A stretch of 33,698 nt of DNA from a virus (lineage: Duplodnaviria > Caudoviricetes): positions 1-33,698 of the IMG/VR virus record IMGVR_UViG_3300009159_006570; one strand, written 5' to 3'. The notes beneath the pieces are model-generated. The model saw only the letters and a list, made by a program, of their open reading frames with translations, made no database searches and had not been told where the DNA came from. This document shows positions 17,072 to 26,083 of the stretch, in pieces; within the stretch, counting starts at the first letter, position 1, and every line of letters starts with the position of its first letter. A program made the position numbers and the translations under genes.

Positions 17072-18943
17072 TTATTTCTTTTTAGTTGCTTTTGGCGCTG
17101 GAGGTTTTGGTGATTGTAGAGGGGCGAATTTCTTAATACCAGCCTGAGTATCTTTCATCATATCGTCTTTTTCTTGCGGAGTCATAGTATCAGGTGCACC
17201 AGCGTGGAATGTTTTACGATCATTAGCAGCTGCAGCAGCTCTCATTTTAGTTCCTGAAATACCTTCAGTTCCTTCTGCATCAGGGTCGCGAGAGCCAGCG
17301 GAATGAACTGTAATACCTTTGAAATTGTAATGACCATGTCTCGAAGCAACACCATTATACTTATCAAGTAATGCTTTATACTGTTCAACTCTATCAGCGC
17401 CAGCAACAACATGCAAGTGTGTAGTGCCAGCAGCATGGGCGGCTGCAGCATGATGGAGAATACTAGGCTGTGCTTCTGTTGAAGCAGATATATTAGCTCC
17501 AGGGAATGCTCTCTTAGCATGCTTTATCTTTTGCTCGGCAGTTAATGGATTTTTTGCATCATGCGAGTGAGAGAACATAATATTGTGTGTACCGCCTTCT
17601 TCAGCTGCAATATCTCTTGTCTTATTAATACCCTGCTCATGACCCTTGGTAATAGGTTGACCACGACCCCACCACATCCAATGATGTTTTTCTTCAGGGG
17701 TTTCAGTTGCCGCTTTTCTAGCAGCCTGCATTTTACCCTTCAAGAAGTTCTGTTTCGAAAATTCTTCACGATCAACGAACTTGTGTAGATCACCATCTTT
17801 ATTAACAGCTGCAACACCTTCTTGTGTAGTGTGATCGCCACCAATCGAATGACCCCAAGGATTATTCTTAGACATAACACGAGTAAGAACATTCTTAGCG
17901 TTCTGTAGATGCTTATGTAGCTCTAATGCTTTATCGAAATCTTTTTTGTTATTTGTGATATGCTCTATGTCTTTTGAATGTGTGTCAATTAACTTTTGAC
18001 GAGCAGCAGGAGTTTTTAACTTAGCAACTGCTTTCTCATGTCTGTCAGTAAGATGTTTAATATATCCATCAGTAGAAGGCTCGCCTCCCTTTCGAATCAT
18101 ATCGTTGACATGAGCTTCAAGATTGACGCCATGACCAGCGAGCGATTCTAATGCTTCTGGTTTCATTCTCTTATAAAGCTGAGTGGCTGCTCCCATGTGC
18201 TCGTGATATTCTTTTTGGTCAGCAGCGGTATAGTTAGCAGGATTAGCTTTGATCTTAGTATCAATTTGATTGACGTCAGGATTGCCTTGCAAGCCTTTTT
18301 TAGATTCATCGCTAATAGGCTGTGCTCTCATATTTTCTATGTCACCATTACCCTTGTATTCAGTATGAGTGGCGATACCCATTCTTGAGCGGGTAATCTT
18401 CTTACCTTCAGGAGAATCTTCAGGTGTAGAATATGAGATAGTGTTTGGAGTAAACTTGTGTGTTCCGTTTTTAGTTTCTACGCCACGACCATCTTCGTTA
18501 TCATCCTTCTCGCCTTTAGTATACATAACATCGCCTTGAAATACACCCTTCTTAACTGTTTTAGAAAGGTGTTTAAGAACGTGGTTCATTACCTTGACAA
18601 GACCAGGAGCGTGCCCGTGATTACGTTCGATATCTTCTGGAGTATAATTGATTTTTGGATCTTTGTTGAAAGCAGACTTAGTAGCTACGAAAAACTTTTT
18701 CGTCTTAGGATGAATACCATAAACGAGAGAAGGAGAACCATCATATTTTGTACTGAAGTTGGTATCAGGAGTGTCATTACCCAGAAGATGTTCATGAGCA
18801 TCTGATAGAAATTTGTGTGCACGAAGAACCCCCTCATTACGGTGATGCAATACGTCATCTTCAATATGCATTGAATGTTTGACGTGCTTACCTTCAGTTG
18901 GTTCTTCCGCCGCTTCTTTCAGATACTCTATAAAACTTTTCAT
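17072..18943 (-). CDS. Fusion of a KxDG ligase-like nucleotidyltransferase domain and a C-terminal cytidylyltransferase-like (HxGH-family) domain
   Basis: N-domain: STKYDG, FFVATKS, FQGD, EGV, KFVDREEFS. C-domain: GRGQPITKGH, KNPL, VAGADR, ISGTKMR. Start MKSFIEYLKE. Confidence 0.72.
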   Translation of the reverse strand: MKSFIEYLKEAAEEPTEGKHVKHSMHIEDDVLHHRNEGVLRAHKFLSDAHEHLLGNDTPDTNFSTKYDGSPSLVYGIHPKTKKFFVATKSAFNKDPKINYTPEDIERNHGHAPGLVKVMNHVLKHLSKTVKKGVFQGDVMYTKGEKDDNEDGRGVETKNGTHKFTPNTISYSTPEDSPEGKKITRSRMGIATHTEYKGNGDIENMRAQPISDESKKGLQGNPDVNQIDTKIKANPANYTAADQKEYHEHMGAATQLYKRMKPEALESLAGHGVNLEAHVNDMIRKGGEPSTDGYIKHLTDRHEKAVAKLKTPAARQKLIDTHSKDIEHITNNKKDFDKALELHKHLQNAKNVLTRVMSKNNPWGHSIGGDHTTQEGVAAVNKDGDLHKFVDREEFSKQNFLKGKMQAARKAATETPEEKHHWMWWGRGQPITKGHEQGINKTRDIAAEEGGTHNIMFSHSHDAKNPLTAEQKIKHAKRAFPGANISASTEAQPSILHHAAAAHAAGTTHLHVVAGADRVEQYKALLDKYNGVASRHGHYNFKGITVHSAGSRDPDAEGTEGISGTKMRAAAAANDRKTFHAGAPDTMTPQEKDDMMKDTQAGIKKFAPLQSPKPPAPKATKKK

Positions 18944-20538
18944 TGATTCCCTGCTTCACTTCTGCTTAACCATTTATGACTGCCGATCGACCCACCACCA
19001 CCTTCATTATCGAATCTATCTTCATCAGCAGCTGGTGCTATTTTTTTAGCAGCAGGTTTTGGAGCTGCTACAGGAGCAGGAGCTTTTACTGCTGGTTTCT
19101 TTGCAGCTGCAGCTGTACGTTGGACGAATGATTGTTTAACACGGTTTGGTTTTGATGATTTAATTGTAGCAACAGTAGAATTTTTTGGTGTATTTTCAGG
19201 TACTGGAATATGTTTACCAGTGTTTTTATCTTTTACTACAGGTTCTTCGCCTTCTTCTGATTCATGTTTAGTTACATTAAATATACCATTTGTGCCTTTG
19301 TATGGACCGTCAGTACCTTTGAGGCTTTGAGTAGCTATTAAATGTCTCTTCCCTGAAACTTTGTGCGTACCGTAAAAATTCACACTCACACCACCACCTT
19401 CTCCACCTTCTTTACCATGAGAAGCTCTTATGTCACTATAGTTGCTTACATGTTCTGGACCAACTTTATCAGCGTCCATAATAACTGATTTTGCATCAGT
19501 TTTTTTCAGTTCAGGCTTGTTATCGTCTTGAACGTGAGAATGCACTATAACATGTTTAAATATTGTTTTGGGTGAAACTTGACCTGAAATATAATCTCTC
19601 ATATGTTGGTCAGAACCCGTTTCTGATCTTGTTTGTTCAAATCCTTTGGCTAAATCTGCTGCCATTTTTCTTCTATGTTCAAGAGCTATACCATACGCTT
19701 GAGATGCAGCTTTAGATCCCTTAGATTTTGGTTGAAATTCTTTTGAAACAAAATCTTTTTTCTTTCCACCTTTGGCGACATGATCTAATAATCTTTGTTT
19801 TTCGCTTGCTGTATGAGCTTCTTTTTCTGCTTCTAAAGCATGACGATCTTCTCTAAAAGAATTGTGTCTTTCTGCTTGGCTATCGCCAATATGACGATTG
19901 CCCAATTTGTCTTGTAATTCTCTTTCCATATTGGCTTGATGGCCAGCAAGGGTGCCATTTGACAATCCTGCTTTAGCATCTAAAGCATCTAATCCATCAT
20001 TACGAAAATTAGGTTTATCTTGAGAACCATATTTTGCAGAAATAGGTATAAAATCGTCTTTACCTTTTTCAGTAGGGTGTTTTGATGTAAGAATTAAATC
20101 ACCATTAGCGTTAACATCTTTTATATGAGTTAAATTTTGATGATCTCCAGCTTTTTTATCAGTATCTGCATTCGAAGTCCAGTGAACATTTTTGATGTCT
20201 TCTCTTTTTTTAATTCTTCCAGTTTTAATTAAATGTGCAATAGTAGCTTCAGCAGTTTGTTTAGCATGATCGTTGATTTCGTCAAATGCATTTGAACCAA
20301 TTCTTCTGCGAATATCATCATGAACTTCCTCTGGGCTTTTACCCTTAATTTTTTTATTTGGATGTTCTTGAGAAGCCCTAAAATGTTGTGGAAGAAACCC
20401 TTCTCCTTTAGGATCAAGATGTTTACTTAAATGTTTAGCTAATAACAATTCGTGCAATTTGCCTTTGTCGTCAGAGCTAGCAGTAGATGAAAATGCCGCC
20501 ATTTCGTTCAACATATGTTGGAGAAAATTTAACATCAT
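18940..20538 (-). CDS. Hypothetical protein, possible PD-(D/E)xK-like nuclease domain, Ala/Lys/Pro-rich tail
   Basis: GKLHELL...GDLIL...IPISAKY pattern; start MMLNFLQHMLNE. Confidence 0.55.
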   Translation of the reverse strand: MMLNFLQHMLNEMAAFSSTASSDDKGKLHELLLAKHLSKHLDPKGEGFLPQHFRASQEHPNKKIKGKSPEEVHDDIRRRIGSNAFDEINDHAKQTAEATIAHLIKTGRIKKREDIKNVHWTSNADTDKKAGDHQNLTHIKDVNANGDLILTSKHPTEKGKDDFIPISAKYGSQDKPNFRNDGLDALDAKAGLSNGTLAGHQANMERELQDKLGNRHIGDSQAERHNSFREDRHALEAEKEAHTASEKQRLLDHVAKGGKKKDFVSKEFQPKSKGSKAASQAYGIALEHRRKMAADLAKGFEQTRSETGSDQHMRDYISGQVSPKTIFKHVIVHSHVQDDNKPELKKTDAKSVIMDADKVGPEHVSNYSDIRASHGKEGGEGGGVSVNFYGTHKVSGKRHLIATQSLKGTDGPYKGTNGIFNVTKHESEEGEEPVVKDKNTGKHIPVPENTPKNSTVATIKSSKPNRVKQSFVQRTAAAAKKPAVKAPAPVAAPKPAAKKIAPAADEDRFDNEGGGGSIGSHKWLSRSEAGNQ

Positions 20539-21170
20539 GCTTTCCTTGTAGTAACTGTCGTTTCCCCAGTTTCTGGGTGATGTTCAACGTGGTGAGCATG
20601 AAACTCAACGGTTGGATGTTTGCCTTTTAAAGAAAGAAAAGAATCAAGATTGTCTTTCGAATCATCATATAGGTGGACTTTCTTATACCCTTCTTTATTT
20701 ATCAAATCGTGGATAACTTGCTTCTTAGCTTCTGGTGGCTTCTTACCTACTTGATTACCAGCTCTACGCACATGGATTTTACTAATATCGATTCCATACT
20801 TCTTCATGACATGCGCGAACTTTTCTTTATCATCAAGATCAGAACGTGCAGTCAATAGCTCTACGTTCTTATTGTTCTTATGAATCGCCTTCATCTTAGC
20901 AATCATCTTACGAATAGGATGAGCTGACTTTTCGAACACATCAGCGGACTTGAACTCATGAAAGTCATAGCTATGACCTTCAGGAAGTTGGTGTGTATTG
21001 AACTCCTGATTGGTAAGAGTTTGTACTCTATTACCTGCAGGATCCTTCACGTGCACTCGAACCTTAGAATGATCATGTGCGAATAGCGTTTCGTCAATAT
21101 CAAACGCATGAAGCGTTGGATGCGCTGGATCTTTCATTTCGATCAGTGTGTGTTCTTTAAAATTAAGCAT
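20535..21170 (-). CDS. HAD-superfamily phosphatase (PNK 3'-phosphatase-like)
   Basis: FDIDETL (DxDxT), LLTARS (motif II), K (motif III), YDDS (motif IV). Confidence 0.85.
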   Translation of the reverse strand: MLNFKEHTLIEMKDPAHPTLHAFDIDETLFAHDHSKVRVHVKDPAGNRVQTLTNQEFNTHQLPEGHSYDFHEFKSADVFEKSAHPIRKMIAKMKAIHKNNKNVELLTARSDLDDKEKFAHVMKKYGIDISKIHVRRAGNQVGKKPPEAKKQVIHDLINKEGYKKVHLYDDSKDNLDSFLSLKGKHPTVEFHAHHVEHHPETGETTVTTRKA

Positions 21171-22885
21171 TATGCCTCTAATAATTTTTTGGCCCTTTGG
21201 CGAATATCTTTATCGTCGTCCCATGCCGCAGCATGTTCCCAGTGGTGTTTTTGTACATTTGGATGTAGTAATGCATCTCTACGGACAGCTTTTGGTTGAT
21301 CTGGTTGTAATGCCTGTGTCAAATGATCCTCATTAGCTAAACCGTGATTAAGCGCCTCTCTTTTTACTTCTGTTCGTATATTTACATTGTTATCTTTGTT
21401 AGCAAGAATTTCGGATATGTGTTTAGCTTTAAATTGGGGATGATCTATAGTTCTTACGAGATCTGAAAAATCTCCATTTTTAATAAGCTCTGATAAATGC
21501 TTCGGTTTGATGTTTTGATTTTGCAAAGCTGAAGATCTAACAAATGGAGAATCTTTTATTGCACTTGATAAGTGGGCATCAGTCGCATTTTTATTTTTTG
21601 CAGCCCCCGCTCTTACTGTAAACTCTTTATCGCTCATCGCTTTATCTAATTGATCTTTCGAAAGATTCTGATGTTGTGCTACAGTTTCTCTTATGTATGC
21701 ACTTCTATGATTTAATAACTCATCATTTTTTTCAGGAGACAGTTTATGATTTTTTGCTAAATTTTGGATAGCTTCACCATTTTTAGTATTAGACAATTCT
21801 TTAACATGTTCAGGTGTTAAATCTTTTCTACGTGCAAGAGTTGCATGAAGTTCACTATTTTTCATTGCAGCATCGATATGTTCTGGTTTAATATTTGGAT
21901 GCTCTAAAGCTGCTTTTGCAACCCAACTAGATTCATCTTTAATACCTTTATGTAACATAGCATCTGAAACATTATGCTCATGATCGAATGCTGCAGCTCT
22001 AGTATTCTGATCCTTACTCTTGAATAACGCCTCAGGTCCATCAGCAACGATATTTCTATTATCATCATCATAAAGGTCTTCATGCTTTTTGTATACTGTG
22101 CTTTTGTCTGCAGGGAAATGTTTTTCAGACCACTTCTTCACAGCTCCACCAAATCCATCATCGGCAGTACCATATGTTCTCTGCTCTGGTCTTAGGATAG
22201 TTGACTTCTTATCTTCTGATTGGAATGGTTTTAATGCAATTCTTGCCAAAGGTTTCTTGGCTTCTGGATCATCAGAGCGATGAAGATAAGCAACATGTGT
22301 GCCCTGCTTGACGTCATCTTTTAGATAATGACTGTATTGACCTGCATCGCCATCGTCGTCGCCATATTTTTCATCATCTCCATTTTCATCGTTAACTGTT
22401 TGTCCTTTTTTGCCCATAGACATGCACGAGCGCCAGCCTTGGTTAGTTGACATACCAGCAACGTCATGAGGATGACGAGAGATAGTAACATGAAGACCAG
22501 AAGCAGCTGCTCTTGAAGCGGCTCTCTTAGGATCATTATTGAATGTGTTCATCAACTCAGGAGATGCTTTGGTCTTACCTAATACCTTGCCAATCTTAAC
22601 ATCTCGGTCGTACTTGTCTTTTGCTAAACCAGCTCTATAATCTGAAACCTTATATCCATGCTGCTCTAGATGCTTCTGAACGTCTGGATGAGGTTCAACA
22701 TTTTCTTCTGAACCTTCGAGTGGAAAACTAACTCTATCCTGACCCTTGGGAATAACATGACCAGAAATCTGCTCTGCTTTTTTGCCGCCCTTCCAGGTAT
22801 CAACAACCTTTTTTTGAGCAGGATTAAGCTCTTCTGTTAAGTCGAGCATGTAGCCTGAAGAGAAATAATTTTTAAAGGATAACAT
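21170..22885 (-). CDS. Protein with an unknown N-terminal domain (GWRSCM) and C-terminal HEAT/LRV-like helical repeats
   Basis: ~24-aa repeats such as VAKAALEHPNI, IRETVAQHQNL, VRAGAAKNKNA, VRSSALQNQNI, VRRDALLHPNV. Confidence 0.7.
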   Translation of the reverse strand: MLSFKNYFSSGYMLDLTEELNPAQKKVVDTWKGGKKAEQISGHVIPKGQDRVSFPLEGSEENVEPHPDVQKHLEQHGYKVSDYRAGLAKDKYDRDVKIGKVLGKTKASPELMNTFNNDPKRAASRAAASGLHVTISRHPHDVAGMSTNQGWRSCMSMGKKGQTVNDENGDDEKYGDDDGDAGQYSHYLKDDVKQGTHVAYLHRSDDPEAKKPLARIALKPFQSEDKKSTILRPEQRTYGTADDGFGGAVKKWSEKHFPADKSTVYKKHEDLYDDDNRNIVADGPEALFKSKDQNTRAAAFDHEHNVSDAMLHKGIKDESSWVAKAALEHPNIKPEHIDAAMKNSELHATLARRKDLTPEHVKELSNTKNGEAIQNLAKNHKLSPEKNDELLNHRSAYIRETVAQHQNLSKDQLDKAMSDKEFTVRAGAAKNKNATDAHLSSAIKDSPFVRSSALQNQNIKPKHLSELIKNGDFSDLVRTIDHPQFKAKHISEILANKDNNVNIRTEVKREALNHGLANEDHLTQALQPDQPKAVRRDALLHPNVQKHHWEHAAAWDDDKDIRQRAKKLLEA

Positions 22886-22911
22886 ACTAAGCTCCAGATA
22901 TGATTATATCC

Positions 22912-22919
22912 TATTTATA
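22912..22919 (-). promoter_or_regulatory. T4-type late promoter TATAAATA
   Basis: Exact match 26 nt upstream of ATG 22885 (GGAG SD). Confidence 0.82.
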
Positions 22920-22932
22920 CAAAAAGTAAATG

Positions 22933-22959
22933 AAAAAGGGAGGACCTTTCGATCCTCCC
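22933..22959 (-). terminator. Rho-independent terminator
   Basis: GGGAGGAUC-GAAA-GGUCCUCCC-UUUUU. Confidence 0.85.
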
Positions 22960-23067
22960 CGAACAGATTGATATGGTCAGGCGGAACCCCACCGTTTTCT
23001 CCTGACTATTCCGTAGCCTAATAAGCCTCGTGCCTCGTACGTTAAAACGTAATACATATCATTTCTG
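22933..23067 (-). ncRNA. Candidate late-expressed structured small RNA (~135 nt)
   Basis: Bounded by TATAAATA (23072-23079) and a terminator; closing helix CAGA..UGAUAUG/CAUAUCA.UCUG with internal hairpins. Confidence 0.6.
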
Positions 23068-23071
23068 AGAT

Positions 23072-23079
23072 TATTTATA
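23072..23079 (-). promoter_or_regulatory. T4-type late promoter TATAAATA
   Basis: Exact match overlapping the stop of the 78-aa gene; no SD-led gene lies between it and the terminator. Confidence 0.75.
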
Positions 23080-23311
23080 CAGCTGTGACGACTTTTTTCT
23101 TACTTACTGAAATATTTTTTACTAAAAAAGAAGGCGTCCAACCATCAAACCCACCACCAAGGTTTAAATGTCGCATAAATGTCCGAGCCTTCAAGAAGTC
23201 TTCGCCAGGAAACGACTTGATAACCTGATCTGTTAGAGTTTCAAGTACATCATACATGTCGCGATTCGCACGACCTTCGATAAGGTCATAATTCATCTTA
23301 CGCTTGCTCAT
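23075..23311 (-). CDS. Conserved hypothetical protein downstream of gp41
   Basis: ATGA-coupled to the helicase; LNLGGGFDGWTPSF motif. Confidence 0.75.
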   Translation of the reverse strand: MSKRKMNYDLIEGRANRDMYDVLETLTDQVIKSFPGEDFLKARTFMRHLNLGGGFDGWTPSFLVKNISVSKKKVVTAV

Positions 23312-24747
23312 TTAAACCCCTCAAATTTAAATTTAGATTTTGGCTTGTTACGTTCGGTATCTTCAGTCATAAACTTACTGTTGTCAAACACAGACTTGTC
23401 TTCGTCACGACCTTTCTTCTTCTTTTTAGGACCATCAGAAATATCTTCTTGAGCAGATTGCTCTACATCGTATAGCCGCATCTTGCTGCGATCCACACCA
23501 ACAACAAACTTAGTAAACAACCCTGGATCATTATAGCGATTTTTGAGCTGCTTAACCAATATTTGATCGAGGTGCTCCATTTCGTCGGACTGTTTGATGA
23601 GCGCAAACATAAAATCAGCTGTGGCTGGGAGTCCAAAGGATTCTGATGTATCTTCCAGTCCCACGTCGCTGTTCGAATATCCGCTTCGAGTTGTTTGAGT
23701 CGCAGAGACGATAGGAACATTAAATTCCACTGCAAGTCCCCTGAGTTCTTCGGCAATTGCTTTGATAAGGGTATAAGAATTGACGTTGGCTCCATTTTTA
23801 ATCCTCGATGACATGCAGATATTCAAATAGTCGATATAGATAATATGAGGTTCAAAATTCTTCTTCAGCTTCAGTTCGTTGAGAAGATGGCGGAAGTTAG
23901 CAGATCCTGCACATGCTGTAGGGTACTCCTTAACGATCAGCTTGCCTTTGGTTTTATTACGAATACGCAGAACCTTTTTATCGTAAACATCCTTGGGCAA
24001 TAGCGATAGTTGATCGATAGGAGTGTCAAGCAGGTTAGCGTCAATACGCTCTGCAATCTTTTCTTCCGCCATCTCCATCGTAATGTACAGCACATTCAAT
24101 CCGTTGATCAAATTAGCTGCTGCACAATGACACATAAACAAAGACTTACCTACGCCAGTACCCGCGAGTGCAATGTTTAGCGTTTTATTAGGCAACCCAC
24201 CATTGGTTGCTTTGTTAAGGTATTCAAGATCGAACGGGACTCGATCTTCCTTCCTGTGGTAGAATTCATAGCGTGAATCCGCATCTTCAATGAAGTCATG
24301 ACCAATATGTGTGTCAAAGGATACTGCAAGTGCGTCCGAAAGGATCTGTGGTATAGAGCCTTTTGAGGTTTTTCCAGTACTGTCATCAAGAATCCCGATT
24401 GACGCCATGATCGCATTATAGATTGCTTTGTCCTGACAGAACTTCTCTGTTTGGTCCAAGAGCCAATCGATTTGGGTTTCTGTGTCTTGAACAAGCCCAC
24501 TGATTACGTCCTTAGATTGCTTAAAAGTCTCTTCGCCGAGGCCATCCTTGTTCGATAGATCAATCGCCAGAGCTTCCTTTGAGGGGAATGCATTGTACTT
24601 GTCTACATATTCTTTGATGAGTCGGAATACAGTTTTTTGATCCTGCGATGTGAAATATTCCTCTTTGAGAAAGGGTATGCACTTTCTACTGTATTCTTCA
24701 TTGTATACCAAATTCCCAAGAATCGCATTTTCAATCGCCATGTCCAC
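23308..24747 (-). CDS. gp41: T4 gp41-like replicative DnaB-family helicase
   Basis: Walker A AGTGVGKS, YITMEMAEE, IYIDYLNI, SATQTTR, SESFGLPATAD; GTG start with AGGAG SD. Confidence 0.96.
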   Translation of the reverse strand: MDMAIENAILGNLVYNEEYSRKCIPFLKEEYFTSQDQKTVFRLIKEYVDKYNAFPSKEALAIDLSNKDGLGEETFKQSKDVISGLVQDTETQIDWLLDQTEKFCQDKAIYNAIMASIGILDDSTGKTSKGSIPQILSDALAVSFDTHIGHDFIEDADSRYEFYHRKEDRVPFDLEYLNKATNGGLPNKTLNIALAGTGVGKSLFMCHCAAANLINGLNVLYITMEMAEEKIAERIDANLLDTPIDQLSLLPKDVYDKKVLRIRNKTKGKLIVKEYPTACAGSANFRHLLNELKLKKNFEPHIIYIDYLNICMSSRIKNGANVNSYTLIKAIAEELRGLAVEFNVPIVSATQTTRSGYSNSDVGLEDTSESFGLPATADFMFALIKQSDEMEHLDQILVKQLKNRYNDPGLFTKFVVGVDRSKMRLYDVEQSAQEDISDGPKKKKKGRDEDKSVFDNSKFMTEDTERNKPKSKFKFEGFK

Positions 24748-24828
24748 TTATTCTCCTGTACATCTTTTGCAAACTTCGCCAACCTCGGTGAACCTACTTC
24801 CACCGAGGGTCTTAATGGTGCTGTATAA

Positions 24829-25053
24829 TTAAGAAGCTTTGACATTTAAAATACCAAGCGTAAAATTCTCAGCTGCGTCTTCAGCATATCGAAGGCTCTT
24901 TCCAGGGAAAGAAATAGTATCTACAATCTTTAATCCACTCATGTGTACGTCGTAACACTCAACGAAATAACACTGTGTGTTAGTATCGACGAAAACCAAA
25001 GCCTTCTTATAGTGATCATCACTCCAAAATTCAGATAAAACCTTACTCATCAT
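24829..25053 (-). CDS. Hypothetical protein (~74 aa)
   Basis: MMSKVLSEFWSDD...YAEDAAENF; GGAG SD; overlaps the uvsX stop. Confidence 0.7.
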   Translation of the reverse strand: MMSKVLSEFWSDDHYKKALVFVDTNTQCYFVECYDVHMSGLKIVDTISFPGKSLRYAEDAAENFTLGILNVKAS

Positions 25054-26083
25054 CGTTCTCCATAATAGCGCCAACACCCATCTTGTATTTGTTTTCGATA
25101 TACTTTGCAAAGTCTGTATCAGAAAACATATCCATCCAGAACTTTTTGTTGTCAATAATATCGTTAGCTCTCATTGAAGGCTGACGAACTTCGCCAGTAT
25201 TTCTATCCACCGTAGCATACCATCCATTTTTAGGCTTAACAATAAAGCCACCATCGAGAGCGACATCAAGCAAGCCAGACCAGCGATTAATACCTCCCTC
25301 GAATGAAACAGTGATAGGAATCTTAGACTTTTCTTTAACATATCGCGACTTCTCCACGTTAATTACGAAATGGTAACCAGAAATACCATCGGCATCCTTT
25401 TCTTGCTGACGCCCGAGAATCCAAATGTTATCAGAGCCATAATAAGAACCCGTGCCACCGCCAACGATATCCTTGGGGTATAGACCAATTTCCTTATACG
25501 TATGATTGATCACTGCCATCGGAATGTCCTTCAGAGACAGATGGGGTGTGATCATACGGAACAGTGATTTCAGCTGTTTGGCACGAGTCATGTCAGCAAC
25601 ACTCTTGCCATCGAGAGCGTCTTCAACTTCCTTCTTAGAAGCAAGGTTACCGATAGAGTCGATAACAATCATTACATGATCATCGCGACCTAGTTCCTTG
25701 ATCTGTTGCATAATATCAAACTTCAATTCTTCGATATCAGTGATCGGTGTATGTACTACAGAATCGAAAGGAATATTAAAAGTGCTAAAATATGACTGAG
25801 GAGTACCAAACTCAGAATCATAAAAGAGAATAATTCCATCTTTGTACTTCTTTAGAAAAGCAGAGGCGAGGAGTAGAGCGAAACCAGTCTTGAAGTGCTT
25901 CGAAGGGCCAGCAAGCATAGTGAGACCAGGAGTGATGCCACCGTCTACTGACCCTGACAACGCTACGTTGATCATAGGTACAGAGGTAGGGATCATATCC
26001 TTCTTGGTGAAGATCTTGCTATCTTCAAGAGTAGCAGTTAGATCGATAGTAGAATTCTTAATCAAACGTTCTTTAAGCGACAT
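25043..26083 (-). CDS. uvsX: UvsX RecA-like recombinase
   Basis: AGPSKHFKT Walker A, YDSEFG, IDSIGNLASKKE, GGGTG; start MSLKERL at 26083 with GAGG SD. Confidence 0.96.
   Translation of the reverse strand: MSLKERLIKNSTIDLTATLEDSKIFTKKDMIPTSVPMINVALSGSVDGGITPGLTMLAGPSKHFKTGFALLLASAFLKKYKDGIILFYDSEFGTPQSYFSTFNIPFDSVVHTPITDIEELKFDIMQQIKELGRDDHVMIVIDSIGNLASKKEVEDALDGKSVADMTRAKQLKSLFRMITPHLSLKDIPMAVINHTYKEIGLYPKDIVGGGTGSYYGSDNIWILGRQQEKDADGISGYHFVINVEKSRYVKEKSKIPITVSFEGGINRWSGLLDVALDGGFIVKPKNGWYATVDRNTGEVRQPSMRANDIIDNKKFWMDMFSDTDFAKYIENKYKMGVGAIMENDDE

Noticed and set aside
24603-24845. 80-aa ORF spanning the helicase leader
   Set aside because: Overlaps the helicase out of frame by ~145 nt and lacks an SD; the region is better explained by the hairpin leader.
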